From assembly GCA_964035545.1 (NCBI GenBank), contig OZ037766.1:29204640-29268639 (forward strand): DNA of 64,000 bases, read 5' to 3'. The position numbers were made by a program, and so were the translations under genes. Numbering within the stretch: position 1 is the first letter of the stretch; every line of letters starts with the position of its first letter. Under the pieces are notes generated by a model. It saw only the letters and a program-made list of their open reading frames with translations, was not told where the DNA came from and ran no database searches. The DNA is from Bugula neritina. Taxonomy: Eukaryota > Animalia > Bryozoa. This document shows positions 42,117-64,000 of the stretch, in pieces.

Positions 42117-45100
42117 TTTATATACACTATACATTAAACATAAAAAATGGATATTATTTACCATTGAATATGTAATACAATTATAACATAAATATAAAAA
42201 AGTTATATTTTTACCAACGATTATTCAATATAATATATAAATATAAATATGAATATTATTTACCATAAAAAACAGGTGATGTAGATAATGGACAATAGCC
42301 TGCTCCCCAATGAGTAAAAGTTTTGTCTGAATCTAAAATGCAAGACAATATATTATTAATACAACCATGCATCGTGTTATTAGTGATCTTAGTTTATATA
42401 AGTTGGTTGTTCTCAATAATCTCAAGTACAACTACATCTTACCTAATAAGCTGTTTGACCAGCTAGTTATAGTAACTGAACCACTTGCAAAGTTGCAAAT
42501 AACCCCAAATTTAATGTTTCTAGTGGACGAATGCAATACGCAGGATGAACTTTATGAAATATTATCCAGTAATTGATAGCTAATTAAAGTTTTTGGCTAC
42601 TCAATTAACTACACTAATTCAAATTACTTCTCCTCCTATTTTGATTCAAAAGTTGTTGTCAAATCTTTGATTTTAAGATGGGATCGGTAATTAAGTTTTT
42701 AACTTATGTGATCCCTGGCTAGGATTTTAAAAATTTGATTGGTTTGAGTTGTAGCAGGAGATTATTTTGCTCAAAGCAATTTTCAAACCATTTTTCTAAT
42801 GCCTGATTTTACTCAACACTGGCTCATTTTCACTTTTTTTTAGTAAATTTGTATTTTCAAAGTTGTGAATATATTTTTTACATCTATAAACAACTATTTT
42901 AGTGAGAATTTGTCTGCATGAAGTAAATTAAGAGTACTTTTGGCCGAGAAAGTATCTGTTTAATAATCTTACTAAATAACTAAAAATATATTATATAATA
43001 AAACCTGACGTACCAGACAATTGATAAGTGTTAGGTCCATCGTTTCCTATCAAACCTGGAAAAGCACAACTTTCATATGCAAGAAATCCTCAGTGTTTAA
43101 AAATTTTTCAATCCAAATGAATCACAAGTAATTAGTCAAAAAAACATTAATATCTATCCTCTATATGTAGCTTTGATTTCAAAAATAGCAATAAAATTAG
43201 TATAACTCTATATAATTTAGGCTTCGTTTATGTGTAAATTATTACTTATTAAATAAAAATTAATTTATTATACTCCAGTTAGTAATACTAGCTTCCAATT
43301 AACTTACAACGAACATTTGCTTGAACTCCCCTGTCAGAGTTTGCGCCATCAGATTTGAATAGTATGGAAATATCATCATTTATTTCAAAGTCTTTCAAAC
43401 TAACACTTCCACAAGATGAAGCCAATACTGGGCCTTGCTCATTTCTTAGACGGATCTATTCCGCAAACAGAAAAGTATTTTAGATGCTATAGTAGCAAGA
43501 CATGAAAAGTTTACTCTACATATTATATTGCTACGCATTCATTTAGTAAAAACTCTTGCATACACCAGCAAGATGGGACAACTACCACATGTACCTGCAA
43601 GATGAAACAACTAATACATGTACCTGCAAGATGGGACAACTACCACATGTACCTGCAAGATGAGACAACTACCACATGTACCTGCAAGATGAGACAACTA
43701 CCACATGTACCTGCAAGATGAGACAACTACCACATGTACCTGCAAGATGAGACAACTACCACATGTACCTGCAAGATGAGACAACTACCACATGTACCTG
43801 CAAGATGAGACAACTACTACATGTACCTGCAAGATGGGACAATTACCACATGTACCTGAAAGATGGGACAACTACCACATGTACCTGCAAGATGAGACAA
43901 CTACCACATGTACCTGCAAGATGAGACAACTACTACATGTACCTGCAAGATGGGACAACTATCACATGTACCTGCAAGATGGGACAACTACCACATGTAC
44001 CTGCAAGATGAGACAACTACCACATGTACCTGCAAGATGAGGCAACTACCACATGTACCTGCAAGATGGGACAATTACCACATGTACCTGCAAGATGGGA
44101 CAACTACCACATGTACCTGCAAGATGGGACAACTACCACATGTACCTGCAAGATGAGACAATTACTACATGTGCCAGCAAGATGAGACAACTACCACATG
44201 TACCTGCCAGATGTCTGCCCCACAGTGTGTCGAATTCTCGATGTCTACAGTAGCGTTGAGTCGAATAAAATAGTTTGGCTTGATGACGCTGTTCATCTCC
44301 GATGCAATCATCTGTATATTCCACACACACTGGAGGTTGTTTGGGTAGGCATAACGATAGTTTGGTGTCTGTATGGTATACAGCTGCCCTGTGCTACAGT
44401 CTACATAGACAGTGCCGCCACATTTCCCTGCAGTACATGTAGACACAACTCAAGTTGCTCCCCAAAAGAGCAAATCAAGTAAAACTTAATTCCCAATCTG
44501 AGATTTATGTACAACTTAAAAATTTGTCTCTTGAAGCAGTACCTATTTGGTAATTGATAGTAGCTGAATGCATTTAGAGTTTAGAGAATGATATTTTAAA
44601 CTTGAAGCTCTATGAAAACTTTGAAATAAAGTTGCATGAAATGCTAAAAGCAGCACTGAGTACGGTATTTGTGCACACATCGTTTTCCAAACCCCCACCC
44701 CCCCCCCCCCGATTTCAAACTAGACACCCCCCAACCAATGCACTCAGTTAATAAAAACTCAGTACTGCTCCAAGCCATTTTTAAGTTGTACATAAATTTC
44801 AGACTGAAAACTAAGTTTTACTTGATTTGCAAATTGAGTATTTTCAAAGTCAACTTGAATTGCCTAGCAACAAATTTTTATTTTTTCTCTATGAAATAAT
44901 GCTTTTTATTTTTCTATTTAGCTTTGCTGTTCACTTTATCATTAAACAAATGAATTTGGTATTACTTTAAATTGGGTGATTCTATTTATACCATTGCATT
45001 ATTGTATAAGCACTAACTGCCCGATTTAATAATAATTGCTATTGATGTGTACATATATAACATGTCACATATACACTTAGTGAGCAGAAGTACTATATAA

Positions 45101-46091
45101 AATCTCAAAACCTTTTAAAATTTACTCTGACTAATCATAAGTTTGTAAAAGAGACAAGATGCCTTTATACTATGCTGACTTTACTCATTTCCTGCTTGGA
45201 AATAACTCTGCAGATGTGTTGTAATACTTCGTAATAAAAAGGAAACAATGCTCTAAGTCGAAAGCATTACATGTAGATTAGGTGGTTTGCCAACATTTAG
45301 TGTAACTTTTACTCTTAATGTTTACATCTTGCTATTGAAAGAGTTCCTGATTACTAAAACCATTGACCTAATTTCACTTGATATAATTTAATCAAGAGAG
45401 TCTATGAATGATTCATACAAACTCACCAGTGTTGACTGGGGTTGACTCCTCGAACTACAAAAAGAAATAAAGATATGAATAGAAACAAATTAATTCATTT
45501 AAAGATGAGCATAATATACCAGATGCATTCATTTTATTTTTAGCTGCATGTCACATGGAAAAGAAAATAACAAGTGTATGTTATACTGTGTATACTTGGC
45601 TGCTACCCTGCGGGCATATGGCATAGCATAGTGCCGTAGCACATCATAACATAACATATAACATAGAATAGCTAGCATAGCATATAATAGCATGTAGTAT
45701 AACATAGTATATAGCATAGCAGTGTATGACATAGTATATCATATGATAAAGCATGGTATAGCATATAGCATAGAATACAGCATAGCATATAGTAAAGCAC
45801 GACATAGCATAACATACTATAAAATAAGGTAACGTAGCATATTTCTACACAGAGTAATAAATGCAAATAATTCTCACAGACCTTCTCAGAGAGTACAGAA
45901 AGTTGCTGACTGTAAGAAGAAGAGGCACTCAGGAGGTAAATTATGTTACCTAACATGACAAGTATTAGCAGGAGAGATCCACCTGAGAAAATCTTCCATT
46001 TTAATGGAAAGGTAGTTGATTGTTTGTTGCCTTCTGTTGAGGTGTTGCCATGACGACTCTCCTCCATTTGGATGCTGTCCCTCCCTGCCAT
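40092..46091 (-). CDS. Type II membrane protein with CUB domain and short-chain collagen C4-like Cys-rich C-terminal domain
   Basis: Exons 46091-45882, 45454-45427, 44427-44204, 43455-43308, 43055-43014, 42326-42264, 41549-41377, 40334-40092, phase-consistent. TM IFSGGSLLLILVMLGNIIYLL. CUB motifs CGG..TPNY..YPNNLQCVW..C..CGS..FKSDG..RG. C-terminal FTHWGAGYCP..FYG, VPCVVC, GWEVVYSGYLMS..PICM, PCALC. Confidence 0.85.
40393..40466 (+). mobile_element. Degenerate tRNA-derived SINE head
   Basis: A-box-like TGGCTTAGAGG and B-box-like GGTTTGAGAT, followed by GATGTTAGGAAGAGC shared with 10757-10858. Confidence 0.45.
41269..41384 (-). repeat. Four copies of a 29-33-bp unit containing the CUB-gene donor junction
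   Basis: On the minus strand AACTACT|GTAAGTA.. recurs four times. The first copy is the true donor at 41377/41376. Confidence 0.88.
42035..42114. repeat. (TA)n microsatellite
   Basis: Direct dinucleotide run. Confidence 0.97.
43566..44213 (-). repeat. 29-bp minisatellite, ~22 copies, starting at the CUB exon donor
   Basis: Sense-strand unit GTACATGTGGTAGTTGTCTCATCTTGCAG. The first junction is the true donor CATCTGGCAG|GTACAT at 44204/44203. Confidence 0.97.
45615..45841. repeat. Degenerate (CATAG/CATAA)n pentamer repeat
   Basis: GCATAGCATA-type units in intron 1 of the CUB gene. Confidence 0.8.
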
Positions 46092-47561
46092 GTTGCTATT
46101 GTGACTGTCTGATTACGAATGACACAGGAGGAAACTAAATCTATTCAGGATCAAATCTACTCATTCTTAGCAATTGCAACATATTAGAGTTCTGTTTATA
46201 TTTCGACTACATGATAACAGTTACATTTATAAATGACTCATTTGATATCAATTCATTCAAGAGATATGTTAGATTTATTACTCAGCTGTGTTTAGTGTTA
46301 AGCCTGCACCATTGTATTACATATTTATAGTAATAGATTTACATGCTTGAACTTCCTAGATGTGACAAGACAGCTGTTTATATAATCATATTTTTATTAT
46401 CTATTAAAAGTTGACATACAAGTCACCCTTGTCAAATTATGATAAACTTACCAAAAGCAGTACAGCATTTCATTTTAGGTTATTATAATAATATAACTGC
46501 AAACAACAACATAGTTAAATAAATGATATTAACATAATAAGCTGTATTTTCAAAAAAATAGTCTGTTGAAAAATGTTAGAAAGTATGAAAACTTATTTAC
46601 ATCTCAAATTGCCCAATAAAATTCAAACTTGAAAAATTTGAGAAAGTTATAGAAATTATTCCAGGTAATATTTGATGCTGTTTTTATTGCTTTCAATTTG
46701 AATACTCTTTCTGAAATACAATATTTCTTACAGAGTGATTTTTCAACTGCTTGTCAATTAAAAAAATTTTTCATCAAACTATTTCAGAACCTATACTAGT
46801 CGTAAATAGCTTTTATTTAGAGAAAAAATTCCCCACAAAAAGCTATTATTTTTGTATAGTAATGTTTGTTAAGTAGGAGACTGTTGTCATCCTACTTATG
46901 TTAGCTATTGGGATAAAATTAGTCGGGCTGCAGTAGTTGACAAGACTGTTGCATTTTATTTATAAAGAAGAAGAAAGAGAACAGGAAAGGTATTGTGGGT
47001 AATTAATACAGTATTCGTACAGAGAGAAGACAATTACTATTATGAGTATTCATTAGTAGTGGTAATAATATTATATGAATGTTATTGTCATCACAGTGGA
47101 AGATTGTATCCTATCAACAACGTTATACTGATTGTTATATTAGTTTATGAGAGGTGCATCTTTTGGTCAAAAGAATTTTGACGATGAAAACGACTGAACT
47201 TTGTTTTCTAGATATCGGGTCTGTGTGTAAGCAATGTGCATAATGCTTGTGTAGCTTTAGGAAATACAATTGGGTATTGAAAACACAACTCCTGAAGAGT
47301 TCTATGCTACTAAATGCAAATTAAGATAAAGAAGACAACTCACCAATATTCTTTAAAGACCAAACCAGTAAGATAAATTAGGGTAAAGCAGACAATGCTT
47401 CATTGTGCGAAGTTGTGGCTAAATTTAATCCAAGGCAATTGATAGAAGTATTCTTCAAAGTTCTTATTTATTTTATTGGTCAGAAAACTCCTTTTTGACT
47501 GAATCAAATATTAAATTTTGTGGAAGTATAATATCTGATGTAAATTGTATTATGGCAGACT

Positions 47562-47576
47562 ACACACACACACACA

Positions 47577-47648
<72 letters not shown>

Positions 47649-47649
47649 C
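47562..47649. repeat. (CA)n + (CACG)n microsatellite
   Basis: Direct runs. Confidence 0.97.
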
Positions 47650-48045
47650 TAAATTATATTTAAGGATTTATTGAATTTTTGTTAACCATCAATCTGCAAT
47701 TATATTATTAATAATGTCTGTCTTATAATACCGACCATAGCGCTTGCGTCTTTCACATTAAGCGATGAATCACAACTTTATACAAACATACTTCCTGTTG
47801 GCAAAGTATACAATTTAAAATCTAAAACAGCATTCATTTTTTTCATATTAAGCTGGCTGTTTAAAACTTTCGATTTTTCAAATGACTATTCAATTTGTTC
47901 AAATAAAAATTGAAAATCATCCACTTGGCAGACTTCCTTAACAAATAATTGTTGGCAGCAAACTCCTGAGAACATACGTAAGAAAGGGTTCAAGTAAGGA
48001 AGGTTGTCACACCGTTTGTTGGTGGTTGACGCAAAATCTTGAAGG

Positions 48046-50695
48046 ATGGCTTTTGCACGAAGCACTCAAATTGGTATTAAAGACACATCTACTACAGCTG
48101 AAGTACCAAATAATCATACCGCTAAGCTGATGTACTACTTGAAATGTGAGTTTGTATCAAACTTTAAAAACTTCTTAATTTCATGTTTGCAATAGCAACA
48201 AAAGATTAAATGAATTTTAGTATTTTTTTCCTTAACTTCCCATGTTGTACAGTGCTTTTGAAAATTATTATTTTCTGCAAAAATATTAAAACTGATAACA
48301 ATTTATCAAAATAATATATTATAATAGCACAATATCGATAAAAAAAGTTTCTGTTTATGAAAAGTTATAGTGTGCAATAAGTTCTTAAGTTTTTACTATA
48401 TATAAACATAAAAAACTTTCGCATGAATGCTAGTTATGTTAGTATAGAAACACATAGTAGATCTAAAAATGTAGTTAAAAATGATTCAATAAAATTGGCA
48501 TCAAATGGAGCTCCAATACTGCTTTCATGATAAAACAGCGCAAACCCTCTTTAGCTAGGTCAACAAAATTCATATACATTTCTTATTTAAATTAATTTTC
48601 AATTTGTCAAACAAATCAATATCTAAATTTTATATTGATTTAATAGAATTAAATAGCTAAAACTGTTGTATATTAAATATTACAAGATTTTCAAATTCGA
48701 CAACTATGTTATAGTATAATAGTCAGCTATATTTTAGACGTTTTCAATGATAATTTTATTGTACCTCTACTTGTTGCATGTGCACACCCAGGGAAAGTGT
48801 TTGTTATAACATGCAAATACAATACTCGACTTTGATTAGTTCTTTTTAAATGCTGTGTTACTTGCAAGCTGTTATTGTAATTATTAGAACTGTATGAATG
48901 CGCCAGTTTCCAAGCTATCAGCTATTTCAATTAGGGATTTATTAACGCGTGTGAAACCAACTATGAGTTGCACCAACAAAAGTTAAGATAGCAACCTTTA
49001 TTAGTACTCAATTATGTTACACATGCCAGTATATTTTATATTATAATATCAAAATATTATTCTTATATAAGATATGACACAATGACTTGAAATATGTCTT
49101 GCATCTCAATTAGGACTCTGTGCTCTGTCATATAAATGATAGCTGTCGCTGTGATTAGCCAAATTTTAAAAATACTCAACAGAGTTTGAAAGAACTCCAT
49201 TGAGAAAATAAAAAAATCAATCAAGTGTTGCAGTAAGAGTGTAAGACTGCATGTTAGAGGTTAACTAAAAATACCAAAAATTTTTAAGATTTACTGGTTT
49301 TATTTCCAATGAAGATGTGCACGTCAAAAAATTAAATTCTATTTATATTAAGAGAGCAAAATGTAATTTTATTAAATTACCCAAATAGTGCTTTTTTAAG
49401 TATATAATTTGTTTTTCTATGTCGTAACATGTATATTATTTTTGTTTGTTTGTTTGTTTGTTTTTATTTATTTAACACTTATGAAAAATTTACAAGAATG
49501 AGAAAAAATAGCAAAAAAATGTGTTTAGGCCTATATATGGCGCAATAGCACTGCAGCTAGTGTAGGCACCAGGCCTTTGCTGAAGAGAACTAACAGTTAG
49601 CTTTTGGAAGTAAGTATGGTGCTAAATGACAAAAGTCTTTGAGGATTAAGCTATACTATTAAAATCATTTGGTTAAAAATTCAAAACAATACTCTATAGT
49701 AGCTTAATACTACATGAAATGTTATTTTAGCAATATGCTCCGTGATAAACATGGACACTGAGAGTGGCCTAAACAGACTGACCAACTACGACAGATACTG
49801 GGCCTTAAGCTTTGAGGAAAAATTAGTGCTTCTCAAGCTATGTATAGCCTTGGATCCTGATGAGTTAGAAGGTAGGCTGTTACATCACACATCCTGCTTC
49901 TCTACATTATTTGAATTCCCCACCAATGCAGTAAAATGTTTGTCCAAACGAACTGGTTTATTGATGAAAAGGTTCATGCTAAAAGCACATTGTTAGACTT
50001 TGCTCACAGTTTGAAACAAACAAAAGTGGGTAGATTTTTACCTATTTAAAATAAGATGTAAGCATGCTGCATTAAACCTTGGTGAGAGCAACAAATCAAT
50101 AAATCAATAAATTATTCAATCAATCATGTTATATAAGACAACTTTTTTTAAAAACATTTAAATTTTTTTACAATTCATAATCATATTACAGTAGTTTCAA
50201 AAATAGAACTAAACCTGTAAAATAAAAACAAGCTCAATAATGTACATGTTTTCTCAGCCCTAAGTATCAAACTCAAAACAAAAACACACACATACACACA
50301 ACACACATCAACTTTTGCAGGAAAATGTATAGCTATGGTTAACCCCGGCTCTATCTCTAGAAGTAATGCCTTTTATGAGATCAGTGCAGTTCAGAATAGC
50401 ATTGCTGTGGTTCAAAGCATTGTTATTAATGGACAAAGACGCAGAGTGACCAAATTCATGGCTTACACTCACAACTGGATTCAAAGAAACTATCACCAAG
50501 CATTGCGTGATCTTTTGGGTTGGTCTTGATTTTCTGTGGAATTTTTATTTTTATTTCTAATAGTTTCTTCAGACTCAATTTATCAAAATAGAATTATCTA
50601 TTGGTACATCAACAAATTTTATTCTTTCAGAAGAAGTACGCGACATTCAAAGAATGCGGGAAAGACAGCAGTCATCATCCTGCACTATTCTGTAG
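48046..50695 (+). CDS. Uncharacterised 167-aa protein ending in a CaaX box (CTIL)
   Basis: Exons 48046-48145, 49731-49871, 50321-50518, 50631-50695 (504 nt; three phase-1 GT-AG introns). Translation: MAFARSTQIGIKDTSTTAEVPNNHTAKLMYYLKSICSVINMD...LDPDELEGKCIAM...NAFYEISAVQ...RVTKFMAYTHNWIQRNY...RQQSSSCTIL*. Confidence 0.82.
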
Positions 50696-52172
50696 GTCCG
50701 GCCTTCTTTATATGCATCTCCGTGTGCGCTGTGTGAATACTTTTACTGTACTTTATTTGGCTCATAAACTAATTTACGATTTTTCAATTTTTCAAACCCT
50801 CTCAGTAAGTTTATTTATTCCAAGATTTTTGTGGTTGTGAGATATTTTTCAGATGAATTTCATTTTGCTGTACTGCCTATTATTAATCAATAATTTAAAA
50901 TATTATTTATGGCAAAACTTCAAGCCAACTACACAGTTATTTCTTCCTGGTGTGATGCAATAAATTAAAAAAATATTCATTCTTTCTGTAATGTATCCGT
51001 TTGTGTAAACAGCCAGTGAAAGAATGCACACTTGTATGCAATAATTAGATCAACATTGAATCAACTTTCCATTGTATAGTCAACAATCTAAAATTAAATT
51101 AAATGTCAGCACTTAACTCTCTACAAGGAAGCTGATGTGAGCAACAACTCCGTGTTGAACTGTTTATGTTGGCTATAATCCAAAGCTGCTATTGAAAATA
51201 AGGCTATCACGGATACATATAAGGATTTCGGTTAGCAGACCTTACTTATATAACTACCTAGTCATAAAGCTATTAGCATTGCCGTTATTTTTATAGAACT
51301 CAACTATTTTCCCTGCACAGTATTTTCCCATGCTTAGTTTAGAGTTATGTTTACAATGTCTTGTGTAACCAAAACTTTACAAGACTTTAGAATAGTTTTA
51401 AGATAAAAAATCAACCATAGCTTCACATAAGTTCATCTTTATTATTTTTACAACAGTTTGAATTGTTACTTGTACAAACAGTATATAATAATGCACTGTA
51501 TACATTTCCCTGGAACTTTGCATCTAGCTTATGAATATCAAACTTTTCCCAACAGCTTAGTCCATGAATGGAGAGAAAAAAGCAACTTTTCAGCAAACAT
51601 ACACTCAGATGCATCTTTTAGTTCAGATAAGGACTTTGCTATGCAAGAGAAGACAACAACTATTTCACTGTATAACAGACAATAGACTTAGTTCCCAAAG
51701 TGAAGTGTAGGACTCAGTGCAGACTTATAATCACATATATTTTGTATAAAGTAAACACATGTCATTGGTTTGAAATTAAGGATGTTGGCTATACATCACA
51801 GTTGAGTATAAAAATAAATTAAAAACATGGTTCCAAAAAATGAATTACCGCTTGTTAGATATAAGTCAAAGGATAATGTACATATATTGATAATACAGGT
51901 AAACATGGCGTTTATACTCAAACATCACCAGTGTTAATAAAATGGAAACTGCATACGGGTAATAATTAACAGGAGCTTTGAAAACATTCCCCATACAATA
52001 CTTTGACTAAACAATACTTTAGCAAATTTACAGCATAGAAATAAAACTGATTGAAACGTTGATTTAACGGAACAATTTAACCATAGTGACACAACTACAG
52101 GTTTAAATACTGGAACAATATCGGTAATATCTTATAGTTAGAGTATGCAGAGTATGCAGAGTGGTTGCATGA

Positions 52173-63063
<10,891 letters not shown>

Positions 63064-64000
63064 CTGTAGAAAGATATGTACAAACTGAGCATATGTGAGT
63101 TCAGTGGAGCAATTTCTTTATGTTACTATTGCATACTGGAATATGTAATGCCTACGGGTTGAGTTATCAATATGCAGACATAGATGAAAACAGATCTGAT
63201 GTGTGTACGACATATCTGTATAAATCAAACAAACAAAATACCGACATAATCCGCTTTCTTGTTTTGCTATCCATCTCAAAATATTAGAAATTAAATGCAA
63301 TAAACTTCCTGTAAACTGCCAGCCAATTTCAACATTAAAAACCATCAAAAGCCATTAACTTAACGGTATAGAGTAATTCCATCCTATAAAACACTTGTAA
63401 AGATTCAACATCAAAAAATCTTTTGGCAAGGATGCACAAAGCAATCAACAACCTCATACAAAGTAGATCAAAACCTCTGGCACTGCCCCACCCAAACAAA
63501 TTACAGCCATAAATACATCCTTTACATTAAAGAATTCCTGGATGAAATATGAATGGCGCTAACATCACATGGAGTACAAAATAAATTAAACACATGGTAT
63601 TACTATTCATCATGCTGTAGGGAATATGCCAGGAGAATATGTCCCTGATCGAAACCCGGCCTTTATTGTATCAGTTACTACTTCTGTAGCAAACTTGAAC
63701 TATTCTTATCTGAACAATGTTTTGTTGAGCGTTTTTATATTCACTATTCCTGTGAGAAGCTCTGGTGGTAAGGATTCCTTAATTGGCCTAAGGATATTTC
63801 TAATGTGACAACTTGTAAACCTGTCTAATAAATTGGCTTTGAACACAATGGAACATAAAGTGAAGTAAAAAACCTGAGAAAATATAACATAGTGTTAAAT
63901 ATATAATTGGATTATTTATTTATATTTAAAGTATATTTAATAGCTTGTTTATTTAAAGTAACCCCAAACTGTGTATTTAGTGAGATGGGTGGATAAGGTT

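Noticed and set aside
43566-44213. CRISPR-like appearance of the 29-bp array and its ORFs
   Set aside because: Units are head-to-tail with no unique spacers, there are no cas genes, and the context is a eukaryotic intron.

Overview
AT-rich, intron-containing animal genomic DNA with GT-AG splicing, probably an invertebrate; the taxon cannot be proven from this window. Left to right: the 3' end of an aspartylglucosaminidase (AGA) gene, then a gene fragment and two intron-poor paralogous ORFs (499 aa and ~605 aa) whose central helical region resembles Cry delta-endotoxin domain I, then a second, complete AGA copy. Next come two paralogous zinc-finger genes sharing an unnamed N-terminal domain, a carbohydrate sulfotransferase, a complete non-autonomous hAT-type element (14-bp TIR, 8-bp TSD), an intronless PARL-like rhomboid, and a TTAA-flanked Kolobok-like MITE. 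The right part holds a type II membrane CUB + short-chain-collagen-C4-like gene, a small CaaX-ending gene, and most of a copper P1B-ATPase (ATP7) on the minus strand. The two most notable observations are (1) the Cry-domain-I-like paralog cluster between the AGA duplicates and (2) intronic minisatellites whose repeat unit copies the gene's own exon/intron donor junction, seen at five or more introns in four unrelated genes. All exon models were inferred by eye from splice signals and reading-frame continuity; no searches were run.
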